This document shows positions 1-17,086 of a stretch of 64,000 nucleotides of DNA, piece by piece. The translations under genes and the position numbers were made by a program. The stretch lies in assembly GCF_009914755.1 (NCBI RefSeq), contig NC_060927.1. One strand, 5' to 3'. Source of the DNA: the human T2T-CHM13v2.0 reference genome, Homo sapiens. Every line of letters begins with the position of its first letter. Positions within the stretch are counted from its first letter, which is position 1. The notes under the pieces were generated by a model. The model saw nothing but the letters and a program-made list of their open reading frames with translations, ran no database searches and was not told the origin of the DNA.

Positions 1-302
1 AATATAATGCAGGGATGGTCAATTCTAGACTGCTGCCAAAATATAAAGAAACAGGTAATTATTTTCCAGGTATTGGCCAACCATCATTACTCATCCTTTT
101 CTTCCCAGGCAAGCATTACATTTATGTCTACCTTTTGGTGTTTGGAAATATTCTTTGTAGTTATATGTGTTCTTCAAAAGGTCTGAATTCATGTTTGGTA
201 GAACAAATCTTGCATGAACTACATAGGTCCAGCGATTTAGATTTCTTAGGATTCTCTTCCTCCTCAATCACACTCCTTCATTTTCTACCCAATACTCTCT
301 AG

Positions 303-590
303 TGCAGCGCTTACCAAACCTCAGTGTACATCAAAATCCTAAGGAAAGTTTGTTAAAATACAGATTTGGGAGCCTTTCTCAAAAATTTTGAGACATTAGG
401 TTAGAGAAGAGAATCAAGAAGCTGCATTTCCTACAAGTAATACTGACGCTGCCCGTCTACCAACCAGACCTTGAGTAGCAATACTCCAGTGGCTTGCTAC
501 AGAAAGTGTGCTCTGCAGACCAACAGCATCACCATCACCTCAAAGTTTGTTAGAAATGCAGAATTTTGGCTCAACCATAGATCTACAAAA
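303..590. mobile_element. Two adjacent MER5-type (hAT-Charlie) non-autonomous DNA transposon fossils
   Basis: MER5-like motifs 'gtttgttaaaatacagatt', 'ctgcatttcctacaag', 'cagcatcaccatcacct...gttagaaatgcagaatt'. Confidence 0.6.
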
Positions 591-859
591 TGCTTTCCTC
601 AGGCAGAGTCATTGGGTGAAATTATACACCCATAGGATATAATGTCATTGCTAGTAGACAGAAAGCATAGACCCTTTAATCTTCTAGGACCTATGCTCAG
701 TTTACTTGCCTATGGGTTAGGCCTGTGTTTGCTTGTGGCAGTTTGCAAATGTAGCCACAATACTTGTAGCCACTGCCATAAAGGGATGAAGTCTGTATCC
801 TTGTTTCTTGAATCTGGACAGGCCATGTCATTTGTTTTGATCCACAGAATGCACTGAAA

Positions 860-1220
860 TTGGCACTAGGAAAATACAAACCAAGGCTTTAAGAAACCTA
901 GCAGCGTCTTCTCTTGATGTTCTAGGGACTTCTGCTACTGGCATCATATGAAAAAAGCTCAGGCTAGCCTGCAGAATGATAAGGCACATGTGACCCACTG
1001 TTACCCTAATCCACAGTCTGCCAAGCCCAGAAGAAGAATTGCCTATTTGACTGGCAGCTGACTACAGTTACATGAGTGAATCTAGTAAGGTCAGCAGAAG
1101 AACTGCACAGCGGAACCCAGACAATAATAGCCATGCTACAAAATTGTGAGCTAAATATATGGTTGTTGGTTTGAGTCACTAAGATTTGAGGTGGTTTGTA
1201 TATAGAAAAAGATACTGATA
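860..1220 (+). mobile_element. Old MaLR (MLT1-type) solo LTR
   Basis: MLT1-like 3' end 'gagtcactaagatttgaggtggtttgtatatagaaaaagatactgata'; 5' boundary uncertain. Confidence 0.55.
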
Positions 1221-1699
1221 TTTGCTTCCCCTTAATAATTTCCTTCAAGACCTATGAAGACTAATAAAAAGAGAATTATGATAGAGCAGGCTCTGAGGTT
1301 TCTCCTGTTATTAATTGCTTGGCTCTATTTTCTTCCACTAGGTGAGAAATAATCATTGAGAATAGATCAAAAACCAAATTGTAATTTTTTAACAAATAAA
1401 AGAAGCAAACAGCAATCCAAAAAATTCAAAAAAACCTGTCTTACTTTTATAAATCACATATAGGAAAAATATTGAATGTTGAATGTGTTCTTGCAGGATA
1501 TAGAAGAATTCATTTGGGAAATCAAAGTCAATCGTCAAGAAGGAGCCTCAGGAGTGGCTGTTATAGGCACTCACAACCTCTATTTCCTTGGATCTCTATG
1601 GCACCAAGGGCTTGCAAGCGTTTCCTGATATATTCAGATTGATTTGGCAAAGTTTTAGCCTCACGGTCTGGACATATTTCTCTTATAAGATAGTACAAA

Positions 1700-3830
1700 T
1701 ATAAAAAGATGCCAAATTTTCTCAGATAAATTCCTTGTTATTAGCCAAATTACTACTAAGATTTTATTAAAATTGTCTTCAATTAGAAAAGCTAACATTT
1801 GAGTGCATTTAGTAATATAAGCAGTAGGAAATAAGAAAAAATTACTAAACAGTAATAACAATGGGAAATTTCACTAAGAAAATTTTGCAAAAAAAATCTG
1901 AAGCTACTAAAATTAAATCAGGATAAAACTTGCACAAAAAGAGACAAATCTATGTATAAAATTAAAGCCTGTAAACAGACCCTGTTTTATATGAGAATTG
2001 AACATTTGATGAAGGACAAATCAGTAAATTCTATCACATATTAAATCTATTATGAAGCTATACTTATCTAATAATGTAGTGTTGATGCTTAAGTAGACAG
2101 AACAATGGAAAACAATATAGTTCATTATAAGACACAATTTACTATATGTTAAATGAAGCTGGCATCCCATATAAGTGGAAAACAGATAACTTGATCATTA
2201 AGGAGTGCTTGGTTAAATGTGTAAAAAAAATTAAGTTATAATCTATCATACCTTATACATAAAATATATATCCATATGATCAAAGTTTAAATCTTAATTA
2301 AAAAGTTAATTATATATAACAAAAAACTGGAAAAATTCTATTATTGATTGAAAATGACATTCTAATGTATAACAATGAAACCAGAAACGAGTAAAGAAAA
2401 AAAATGATATAATAAGCTACAATAATAAACAAAAAATATGCTTGACAAAACTTAGCTTAAGTAAAATTAAAAGAAGAAAAGGGTAATTCTTGAAAAATAT
2501 AGAAAAAAACTTCCCACAAAAAATAAAAGTGGTTTTAAACATATGTAAAGATGTTAAAATCTCATTCATAGTAAAATAAATGCAAAATAAAACAAGATAT
2601 TTATTTTGTTTAGACAGATGAAGATCAAAAATGTTGTTACTCAGGGAATAAACAGTAACAGGGGAAAGTAAACCAGTATTCCCTTACAGAGGGCAATTTG
2701 AAAATATCAGTCAAAATTACAATCCATACAACATTTTACTCAGCATTTCAACTTTTAAAAAGTATTCCTTCAGCTATAATTGCATGTGAACAAAGTGATA
2801 TATTTAGGTTTATAATTAAAGACTTATTTGAAATGATAAAGGAATCTAAATAGAATATATGTTTGTCAATAAAGGACTGGATAAGTAAGTTGGGATATTA
2901 TGAAGCTATTATAATAAATTAGACAGTTCAGATGAAATGGATATGGAATTATTACCAAGATGTACATTTTTAAGTGGAAAACAAATTGAGGTCCATAACA
3001 GCTTGTGTAGTATGCTATCAACTTCAATTTTCAAATAACATATATGTACTGAATAAATTTGCATACAATTAAATAAAAACATGCAAATAAAAATGGTAAG
3101 AATGGTTGTGGTGCAAAAGAAAGGTGAAAAATTGGAGAACATGAATAGGTGGAAGACTTCATTTCCAACATTAATTCTTTTTAATTTTTTAAATATAAGT
3201 ATCTATTTGTAGACATTATCATTACTAATAATAATTTGAAACAAATTCATATAAAAGTATTTAAATGTGGTCCTAGAGCTATTTGTTAGTTACTTGGAAA
3301 AATGCATTTTAGAGCTTCAATTTATACCTAATCAAAATAAATGCCAGGTGGCTGGTAAATTATGGGAAAACAAATAAATAAAGTTCAAATTTTTAGAAAA
3401 AAATACATATTCATGTAAGCTATAAAAGAGAATAAAACTTTCTAATTTTAAAAATAATATCAAATTACATGAAATTACCACTAGATTTGACAACATTGAA
3501 AAGTCTATTTATATTTAAAAAGAATAACAGTTAAATGAAGAACAAATATGAAAGTTTGCAGCAGATGTGTTAACTGTGTTTAATACCCTTGATGAATGAA
3601 AAGCTTATATGAGTTTCTGAAGAAAAAAATCAGGATACAAATTGATTACTAGAAAAATGAATCCAAATGTACTATTCATTAATAAAGAAAATCCATTATA
3701 TGAAAAAATTCACATGAATTTGTAGTCAAAGAAATGAAAATTAAGGCAATAACAAATTCTCCAATTAAATTAACAAAGATATTTAAAATGTGATGCATTT
3801 GAAATCAAATTAACCCTAAAACACTGCTGG
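1700..3830 (+). mobile_element. Highly decayed ancient L1 (L1M-class) ORF2/3' fragments
   Basis: A-rich strand with L1 3'-region motifs ('tagacagaacaatggaa', 'aaacatatgtaaagatgt', 'gagggcaatttg'); continues after the insertion to about 5050. Confidence 0.5.
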
Positions 3831-3857
3831 TATATATGTATATATATATATATATAT
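3831..3857. repeat. (TA)n microsatellite
   Basis: Directly visible. Confidence 0.9.
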
Positions 3858-3859
3858 TT

Positions 3860-4859
3860 TTCTATTATTTTAAGTTCTGGGATACATGTGCAGGACATGC
3901 AGATTTGTTACACAGGTAAACATGTGCCATGGTGGTTTGCTGCACCTATCAACCTATCACCTAGGTATTAAGCCCCACATGCATTAGCTATTTATCCTGA
4001 TGCTCTCCCTCCCCTGCACTCCCCATCTGGACAGGCCCCCGTGTGTGTGTTGTTCCCCTCCCTGTGTCCATGTGTTCTCATTGTTCAGCTCCCACTGATA
4101 AATGCGAACATGCAGTGTTTGATTTTATGTTACCGTGTAATGGCTTCTCACTCCCTCCATGTCCCTGCAAAGGACACAATCTTGTTCCTTCTTATGGCTG
4201 CATAGTATTCCATGGTGTATATGTACCACATTTGCTTTATCCTTTCTATCATTGATGGGCATCTGGGTTGATTCCATGTCTTTGCTTTTGTGAATATTGC
4301 TGTAATAAACGTACATATGCATGTATCTTTATAATAGAATGATGTGTGTTCCTTTGACTATATGCCCAGTAATGAGATTGCTGGGTCAAATGGTATTCCT
4401 GGGCTATTCCCGTTAAACTACTATTAATATTCTTCACAGAATTATAAAAAACTACTTTAAAATTTATATGGAACCAAAAAAGAGCTCGTATAGCCAAGAC
4501 AATTCTAAGCAAAAAGAACAAAGCTGGAGGCATCATGTTACCTAACTTCAAACTATGCTACAAGGCTACAGTAACTAAAGCAGCATGGTACAGATACAAA
4601 AACAGTCACACAGACTAATGGAACAGAAGAGAGATCTCAAAAATAAGACCACACATCTACAACCATCTGATCTTCGACAAACCTGACAAAAAACAAGTAA
4701 TGGGGAAAGGATTCCCTATTTAATAAGTGGTGCTGGGAGAACCAGGTAGCCATATACAGAAAATTGAAACTGGACCCCTTCCTGACACCTTATACAAAAA
4801 TTAAATCAAGATTTACTTAAATGTAAAACACAAAATTATAAAAACCCTAGAAGAAAATC
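3860..4859 (-). mobile_element. 5'-truncated, 5'-inverted L1 (older L1PA, roughly PA13-16-like)
   Basis: 3860-4400 is an L1 3' end on the minus strand; 4401-4859 is ORF2 sequence on the plus strand; flanked by 'ctggtatata...ttttt' on both sides. Confidence 0.85.
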
Positions 4860-6229
4860 TGGTATATATATTTTTAAAGAAAATGATCAGCAAATGTATA
4901 ACAACTTTGACAAAACCTTTTTTTATGAATATTTTCTTGTGACGTAAACTAATAGCTTAATAAGGACTTACACACACAAATATTCAGAGTAATTTTATTT
5001 ATATTCTGAAACTGGAAACAATGTAATACCTGTTAAATGAATTACTATGGGTTTTCAGGTAATTAGGGAATTGGGATTTGAAGTTGGTTAGGGCAAAATC
5101 AAGCCAACGTTTCTCTATCAAATTGCTTTACTGCCAAAAGCAGAGGATACAAAAATCAGAAAGACAAGTCTACTAGCACGTAACCTTGGATCAGAAAAAT
5201 AGTGAGACTGAGTTGGTGCAACCTAATCTAAAGCAGTCAAATGTTTTTAAAACTATCAAGATCATTTTCTAAGTTTTACAGGGTTAACACATAATGTTCT
5301 TATCTGTAAGTGATCACTCACACAGAGACACTCAACTTTTCCTAAAATTCGCAAATTATGGTTTTAATATCTCAGTAGTTAACAACAAATTTTTCAACTC
5401 GATTTTTTCTGATAATGAACGTTCATCATTTTCTGATCCAACTAATCGTTGTTTAAGTTAGAAGTCAGCTATCCCAATTATGTAGTATATGTGAAATGGA
5501 ATATCATACAGACATTACATATTAAGTTTGTTGAGGGGGTTCATAACAATTAAAAATGTGATTGTGTAAAAAGCAGGATACATGGCATCAGTAAAGACAA
5601 TTTATTTTTTTAAAAGGACACTAAAAATAGCAGTGGCTACCTGTGGGTGGCAAGGATTATAATTTACCACATAGACAACTTTATGAAATACTCATATAAT
5701 TTTAAAAATAAAATATGTTTAATTTTCATGGTTCGTTGTGAGATTTTTTAGTAACAACACAGAATCAGCCAATTGGGAACACTTTGGGAAAACCATAAAA
5801 GAAGCAATGGAGATGTTAGCTACGGTTCTATTTTATAACCCCAGCTCCTTCTCCTGACTTTCCACTATTCTTCCAAGAACTTAAACTCCCTGTTTGCTTT
5901 AACTCCTTCTTCTGTTTGCCTTGCACATCTTTCCCTCCACAACTCTCCGCTATTTCCTGTTCCATTGTTGATCAGTTAATTCTGTTGTTTTATTTTTCTT
6001 TGCTTTTTCCAAGTGACAATCAGAAGTCAGTTTCCTAATCTGAAGTCCAAGTTAATCTTGCATTCACTTTTTTTTCATGTTTCCAGGCTATATTTTCAAG
6101 AAATATTTTTATGGTTAAAAATTTTAGGATTAATGGGAGACATTTCTTTAATTATAAAAACCATGCTTACCCCTACATTGCCTTTTTTCCCTGATTTTGG
6201 AATACTTACAAGCAAGATGTTGGCCCTGT

Positions 6230-6560
6230 AGAACATCCTCATTAGCGTATTACCCTTCTCTCATATTTTCCTGCTCTTTGGCATTTTCACCTATGTTATG
6301 AGAGATTTCCTTCGTTTTAACTTCCAGATTACCAGTTTGGTCATTAGCCCTAATCAGTCTATTATTGCATCTATTCATTAATTGTATTTTTAATATTGGT
6401 AACCAAATTTTTAATTTCAAAGACCTCTTTATATTTTCTGCTTCATTCTCATTGCAGTCTTTTCTAGTTTTACTACTGAAATACATTCTCAAATCTCCCA
6501 GATGATTTTAAGTTCTCTCCTACCTCTTCCAAGGAATTACTTGAATATTCTTATTTATGC
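6230..6560 (-). mobile_element. Ancient L1/HAL1-like ORF1 coiled-coil fragment
   Basis: ORF 6250..6492(-) 'NNRLIRANDQTGNLEVKTKEISHN...EQENMREG' resembles the L1 ORF1 'NSRLD.AEERISELED...EI' region. Confidence 0.45.
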
Positions 6561-7109
6561 TATGAATATTCCCCAAGAGTTTGTTCATACTGATGCATCA
6601 AGGGCTGTTAATGGGAATAGATAGATGGCACATATTTCATTTAGAGTTGTGTACGTCTATTTCCTTAACAGGACTCACTCATAAATGGTAAAGCTGACAG
6701 CACTAGGTTTTCCTCTTGGGCAACCTTGGAAATAATAGCTCACACCTCTAATGCTTCAGGTTATTGTGTTTCCTGAATGGTTTTCCCTACTGGTTCTGTA
6801 TTCCAAATTCTATTTTCCAAGATTTCTACTGTCTTCTGGCTTCCTTTCTTTTTTTTAGTAATTTGGGCTTTATTATTTTTCTTAATTTATATATTTTTCC
6901 AACGGGAGTTTGAAGGAAGATGAGATATATGAGTGTTCTCCAACTCGCATCCTTATAGTTCTATGTAACCTTTTAAAGTTTCTAATCACATTCTGCTTTG
7001 TATTACCTTTATGTACAAATATGTGATGTAGCATATCATAAGTTCCTTGATTCTTCTGGATCATTATGCATTAGTCACAACACCTGACAGAACACTATTT
7101 TTTTAGTTT

Positions 7110-7790
7110 GTATTAAGCAAATACTAATTGCCAGATTCTATCTCTAAAATATTTTTATACGTGTTTCTCTCACTTCACTCTCCGTACGATAGTCAAACGT
7201 TGTTCACCTCTTTCTTGTGATGTATATACAGCCAACGACTGTTCCCAACACTTCCAATCTCTCCTCCTTTCAGTCCACATTGCTACCAAAGTTAATCATC
7301 CTGAAACTGAACCCTGATTATATTATTTCTGTGCTCCAAAGTCTCCAATAGCCTATGATATTAATTCCAGAAACTTAGCCTAACATACAAAATTCTCCAT
7401 TATTTAAGTACAACACAGTTTTCCAGCTTAGGTTATTAAAATTGCCTTACAGCTTGCCTTGCTAATAGGCCAAGCACTTTCGTCTTTTTAAACATCTCGC
7501 ACCTCTCCTGTCTCACCCATTCTTACATATTCCAAATCCTGTCCAGCTTTCAAGTGGAGCTCAAGTGCCACCACCTCCACAAAACTTTTTTTCTTTCCAG
7601 TTATCTTTGCTTTCTCTGAATCTATATAACTACTTAACAGTACTATTGTTATAAAACTTCCTTTTTTGAATTTTTAATGTATCTATTTTATAGTCATTCC
7701 CAGAAAGCAGGCTTATTGAAGATAAAATCTGAGTCATTATTTGTGTAACCTGTCATAACAGTTAACACAGGAACTTGTGGGGCAAAAAAC
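7110..7790 (+). mobile_element. L2 LINE 3' fragment
   Basis: L2-like motifs 'ccacattgctaccaaagttaatcatcctgaaa', 'ctcaagtgccaccacctcc'. Confidence 0.55.
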
Positions 7791-8499
7791 ATTTTTTCAT
7801 TAAAAATAACAATAAAATCAGATATCAAGTACTCACATTAATAAATGGAACAGCTCTGCTAGAAGTTATTAAAATCCAGGTAGTTCAAACTTTATTAATT
7901 ATCAGCTTTCAAATTATTCACTCCTTACTCTTAAGAAGCATTACAAAATAAACTGATCTTCTTTCGAATTAAAAAAAGGATTTTTAGAGACACATGATAG
8001 GATCCTAGAATGCAGTTTCTCATTATTCACAGTTAAATGCATCTCTGGCCATTCATGTGCTTCTTTTCTCCTAACAAACACAAACAGTCAAAATATATCA
8101 TCCAAAACAAAATTTCATTCAGAAGCTGATGTTTATATAAAATACATATACTATAAAAGTTCCTAGCATAATCCCTGGCACATACTGCTCAATAACTATT
8201 GAATTGACAATGAATGGGAATTCTTGGGAGAATGTTCTTCACTTTGAAGGAAAACAACATATTTAAAAACACACATTTGCACAAATGATAAAGTTTAAAG
8301 TTATTTCAAAAAAAGTTATCCTATGAATATTATTTATACATATCAATTATTCAAGGCATGATGAAATTTGTCAAATAATGATATAACTAAAATTTTATAG
8401 AGCACAGCATACAAAATGAGATATAATTTATACTGAAAACTTATTTCAAGAACAGAACATGGTAAATTTCACTATGCCTGGGGCATGGAAAGCTACAAA

Positions 8500-10277
8500 A
8501 GAACAATGTTGCTCCTCTAATAAGAAAAAAGAGCAGGATTCTCTCTATCATCAAAACTATTCTTGAGCCCATCAGAGAGTTGAGATTGCAAGCCAACTAC
8601 ATGAATCAAATTTCAAGGTTGGCGAATCCCTGTAAGCAGTGATATAACATAGGAAGTTTTCTTTTCACAGAATGTGGAAAGAAGAGGTAGTAACCATGAA
8701 AAATGGGTAAGAAAAAACTGCTGAAATTATAATGATTATATAAGAGTGAAGCATGGTTAGCATGAAAGTTTACAATGCCTATAAGCCTCAGAAGTTTGCA
8801 CCTACTCACCAGCTCTTTTCCAGAATCCACAGGACGTTCGTAAGAAAGGTTAGGGACAGAGCCAAAGGCCAGAGAAAGGCTTTCTCAGTGGCACACAGGC
8901 ACAAAATCTCACCTGCTTTCCAGTCTCTTCTCTCAAAAAAAAGCAAAAGCATAGACTGCTGCTGGAAAGACAGGAAATCCTTTCAACCCCTGGGAACAAG
9001 GGAAATATTTGCTGCTTTTGAGGGAGGAGTATAAGCAAGAGCCAATTGCAACTGAGGAAAGAGCTGAAAGATCTGCTACTGGTCCCACCCGAAGGTATGC
9101 TTCCTGTGAAGGAGGAATAGAAGGAAAAGCCTCTACTACTGCAGAAGGATAGGAAACTGCTTGGGTCAAGGATTCCGCATAGATACAAAGCAGAGTGCCA
9201 CTAATGTTAGGAAAGGGGTAGAAAATTTGTTCCTGTGCAAGGCCTTCCATGATGCAAAACAGAGTTCAGCTGCTATAGGGGTTGAAGAGGAGAGAGAATG
9301 TGCAAAAATGTTGACAATGTGTTAACCCTTAAGTCCAAGAATACAGTGACAGCCTAAGACCAAGACTTGACTGAGAAACTTTTGCATCACTACCATGGGC
9401 CTCAGAACAAATGATTAAGAAGCAACAACAGCACTATTCACAATAGTAAAGACATGGAATCAACCTAAATGCCAATCAATGACAGATGGGATAGAGAAAA
9501 TGTGGTACATATACGCCATGGAATACTATGCAGCCATAAAAAGGGACAAGGTCATGTCCTTTGCAGGGACATGAATGGAGTTGTAGGCCATTATCCTTAG
9601 CAAACTAACACAGGAACAGAAAACCAAATACTACATGTTCTCATTTCTAAGTGGGAGCTGAACAATGAGAACACATGGACACATGAAGGGGAACAATCCA
9701 CACTGGGGCCCACCAGAGGGCAGAGGGTAGGAGGAGAAAGAGGCTCAGAAAAAATGACTAATGGATACTAGGCTTAATATATGTGTGATGAAATAATCTG
9801 TACAACAAACCCCCATGATACACGGTTACCTATGTAATAAACCTGCACATTCTACACATAGATGCCTGAACTTAAAAGTTAAAAAAAAGCAACAACAATC
9901 TGCCACTTGCAAAGGTATGCTGATTTCCAGGCAAATGCTATATCCTTTGTTATATCTTTTATCCTTTTTTTTTTTTTTTTACAAAAAAGGTGACATACAG
10001 TCAATAACTGTGAAACACACACCAAAAAAAAAAAAAGAAAGAAAAATTACTCATTCCTACAAAAAAACAACAGAACCAAACCAAGAAACTATGCAAACAT
10101 TGGAACTATCAAACAGAAGTGTTAAAATAACTGCAAAAGACACTTTAAAACATCTAGTTGGGGGAGGACAACATGTATGAACAGAGAGGTAATTTCCATA
10201 GAGACATAGGAACTATAAACAAAGCCACTTGAAAATTCTAGGTATCATGATATCAGAGGTAAAGAATTCCTCTAATG
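8500..10277 (+). mobile_element. Ancient L1M 5'UTR/ORF1 (host of later insertions), part 1
   Basis: ORF1-like 'ttggaactatcaaacagaagtgttaaaataact', 'gaaaattctag'; reads on across the L1PA TSD into 16308 onward. Confidence 0.5.
9431..9886 (+). mobile_element. 5'-truncated L1 3' end (L1PB/L1PA15-16-like)
   Basis: L1 3'UTR with 'ggatactaggcttaat...gtgatgaaataatctgtacaacaaacc', A tail, TSD aagcaacaaca (9420-9430 / 9887-9897). Confidence 0.85.
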
Positions 10278-11178
10278 GGAGGAGCCAAGATGGCCGAATA
10301 GGAACAACTCCGGTATACAGCACCCAGCGTGAGCCACGCAGAAGACGGGTGATTTCTGCATTTCCATCTGAGGTACCGGGTTCATCTCACTAGGGAGTGC
10401 CAGACAGCGGGCGCAGGTCAGTGGGTGCGCGCACCGTGCACGAGCCAAAGCAGGGCGAGGCATTGCCTCACTCAGGAAGTGCAAGGGGTCAGGGAGTTCC
10501 CTTTCCTAGTCAAAGAAAGGGGTGACAGACGGCACCTGGAAAATCGGGTCCCTCCCACCCAAATACTGCGCTTTTCCGACGGACTTAAAAAACGGCGCAT
10601 CAGATTATATCCCGCACCTGGCTCGGAGGGACCTACGCCCACCGAGTCTCGCTGATTGCTAGCACAGCAATCTGAGATCAAACTGCAAGGCGGCAGCCAG
10701 GCTGGGGGAGGGGCGCCCGCCATTGCCCAGGCTTGCTTAGGTAAACAAAGCAGCCTGGAAGCTCCAACTGGGTGGAGCCCACCACAGCTCAAGGAGGCCT
10801 GCCTGCCTCTGTAGGCTCCACCTCTGGGGGCAGAGCACAGACAAACAAAAAGACAACAGTAACCTCTGCAGACTTAAATGTCCCTGTCTGACAGCTTTGA
10901 AGAGAGCAGCGGTTCTCCCAGCACGCGGCTGGAGATCTGAGAACGGGCAGACTGCCTCCTCAAGTGGGTCCCTGACCCCTGACCCCTGAGCAGCCTAACT
11001 GGGAGGCACCCCCCAGCAGGGGCAGACTGACACCTCACACGGCCAGGTACTCCAACAGACCTGCAGCTGAGGGTTGTGTCTGTTAGAAGGAAAACTAACA
11101 AACAGAAAGGACATCCACACCAAAAACCCAGCTGTATATCACCATCATCAAAGACCAAAAGTAGAAAAAACCACAAAG
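10278..11178 (+). promoter_or_regulatory. L1 5'UTR internal sense promoter (YY1 site) and antisense promoter region
   Basis: CpG-rich 5'UTR; YY1 motif caagatggcc at 10286-10295. Promoter function is established for the family, not shown for this copy. Confidence 0.75.
10472..10723 (-). CDS. ORF0: L1 antisense ORF0, open, 83 aa
   Basis: MAGAPPPAWLPPCSLISDCCASNQRDSVGVGPSEPG... matches the primate L1 ORF0 N-terminus; ATG at 10723-10721. Expression unknown. Confidence 0.6.
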   Translation of the reverse strand: MAGAPPPAWLPPCSLISDCCASNQRDSVGVGPSEPGAGYNLMRRFLSPSEKRSIWVGGTRFSRCRLSPLSLTRKGNSLTPCTS

Positions 11179-12193
11179 ATGGGGAAAAAACAGAGCAGAA
11201 AAACTGGAAACTCTAAAAAGCAGAGCGACTCTCCTCCTCCAAAGGAACTCAGTTCCTCACCAGCAACAGAACAAAGCTGGATGGAGAATGACTTTGACGA
11301 GCTGAGAGAAGAAGGCTTCAGACAATTAAATTACTCCGAGCTATGGGAGGACATTCAAACCAAAGGCAAAGAAGTTGAAAACTTTGAAAAAAATTTAGAA
11401 GAATGTATAACTAGAATAACCAATACAGAGAAGTGCTTAAAGGAGCTGATGGAGCTGAAAACCAAGGCTCGAGAACTACGTGAAGAATGCAGAAGCCTCA
11501 GGAGCCGATGTGATCAACTGGAAGAAAGGGTATCAGCAATGGAAGATGAAATGAATGAAATGAAGCGATAAGGGAAGTTTAGAGAAAACAGAATAAAAAG
11601 AAATGAGCAAAGCCTCCAAGAAATATGGGACTATGTGAAAAGACCAAATCTTTGTCTGATTGGTGTACCTGAAAGTGACGGGGAGAATGGAACCAAGTTG
11701 GAAAACACTCTGCAGGATATTATCCAGGAGAACTTCCCCAATCTAGCAAGGCAGGCCAACGTTCAGATTCAGGAAATACAGAGAACGCCACAAAGATACT
11801 CCTCGAGAAGAGCAACTCCAAGACACATAATTGTCAGATTCACCAAAGTTGAAATGAAGGAAAAAATGTTAAGGGCAGCCAGAGAGAAAGGTCGGGTTAC
11901 CCTCAAAGGGAAGCCCATCAGACTAAGCAGATCTCTCGGCAGAAACTCTACAAGCCAGAAGAGAGTGGGGGCCAATATTCAACATTCTTAAAGAAAAGAA
12001 TTTTCAACCCAGAATTTCATATCCAGCCAAACTAAGCTTCATAAGTGAAGGAGAAATAAAATACTTTACAGACAAGCAAATGCTGAGAGATTTTGTCACC
12101 ACCAGGCCTGCCCTAAAAGAGCTCCTGAAGGAAGCGCTAAACATGGAAAGGAACAACCGGTACCAGCCGCTGCAAAATCATGCCAAAATGTAA
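11179..12193 (+). pseudogene. ORF1: L1 ORF1p (RNA-binding chaperone), disrupted
   Basis: MGKKQSRKTGNSK...; premature TAA at 11569-11571 and a ~2-bp deletion frameshift near 11926; natural stop at 12191-12193. Confidence 0.93.
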
Positions 12194-12241
12194 AGACCAT
12201 CGAGACTAGGAAGAAACTGCATCAACTAACGAGCAAAATAA

Positions 12242-16056
<3,815 letters not shown>

Positions 16057-16307
16057 TCAATGAGAACACATGGACACAGGAAGGGGAACATCACACTCTG
16101 GGGCCTGTTGTGGGGTTGGGGGAGGGGGGAGGGATAGCATTGGGAGAAATACCTAATGCTAGATGACGAGTTAGTGGGTGCAGCGCACCAGCATGGCACA
16201 TGTATACATATGCAACTAACCTGCACGTTGTGCACATGTACCCTAAAACTTAAAGTATAATAATAATAAATTAATTAATTAAAGAAAAAAAAAGAATTCC
16301 TCTAATG

Positions 16308-17085
16308 AAATTTTATCAGCAGATTAGACACAATAAAGTATAGTGAACTTAAAGATAGATCAGTAGATACATAATAAGGAAAGAGATTGAGAAGTGAAGA
16401 GGGAGATGAAGAGAAAAGAACAACCCAGAGTTATGGGAAAATATTACATGGTACAAAAAAAAGAAAAAAAACCCATAAAATTGGGGTCCCAGAAGGACAA
16501 AAAAGAAAGGAGCAGAGGGCATACTTGAAAAAAAAATTGCCAACAAGATTCTGAAATTAAAGAAAAGCAATAACCACATATCTAAGATCATAGAATCTCA
16601 GCAAAATAAATACGAGAAAAACCTACCTTGGCACATTATAGTACAATGGCTGAAAACTAAAGATAATGAGAAGATCTTGAGGGCAGCTAGTAAAAAGAAT
16701 TGTAACAGAGAAAGAAAAGGATGTCAAAAGGTTAACTCATCAGAATGTATGCAAGCTGGAAGATAATAAACAAAAATGTTTATTGAACTGAAAAAAAATC
16801 TATCAACACAGAATTCTGCACCCAGGAAATATATCTTTCTAAATAAAGGTAACAGAAATAGCTTTCAAAAAACAGAAGCGTGGATAGTTTAGTGACAGCA
16901 GATCTGCACCACCAGAAAAGAATTTAAAAGATGTTCTTCAGAGTACAATTTCTGCCAGATATTTATATTGGCATAAATAAATGGAGAACACTGAGAGTAG
17001 CAAAAGTATGGGTAAATATAAACACATATTTTTTGTGATGTTTAATCTCTTTGAAAAATAATTGGCTGTCATTTTAGTCAGGGTT
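16308..17085 (+). mobile_element. Ancient L1M ORF1, part 2 (continuation of the host L1)
   Basis: 'cagcagattagacaca', 'aattggggtcccagaagga', 'aacacagaattctgcacccagg' are ORF1-like motifs. Confidence 0.65.
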
Positions 17086-17086
17086 C

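Noticed and set aside
1480-1630. Possible exon after 'gtgttcttgcag' (DIEEFIWEIKVNRQEG...)
   Set aside because: Weak acceptor, no recognisable homology, frame closes after about 43 codons.
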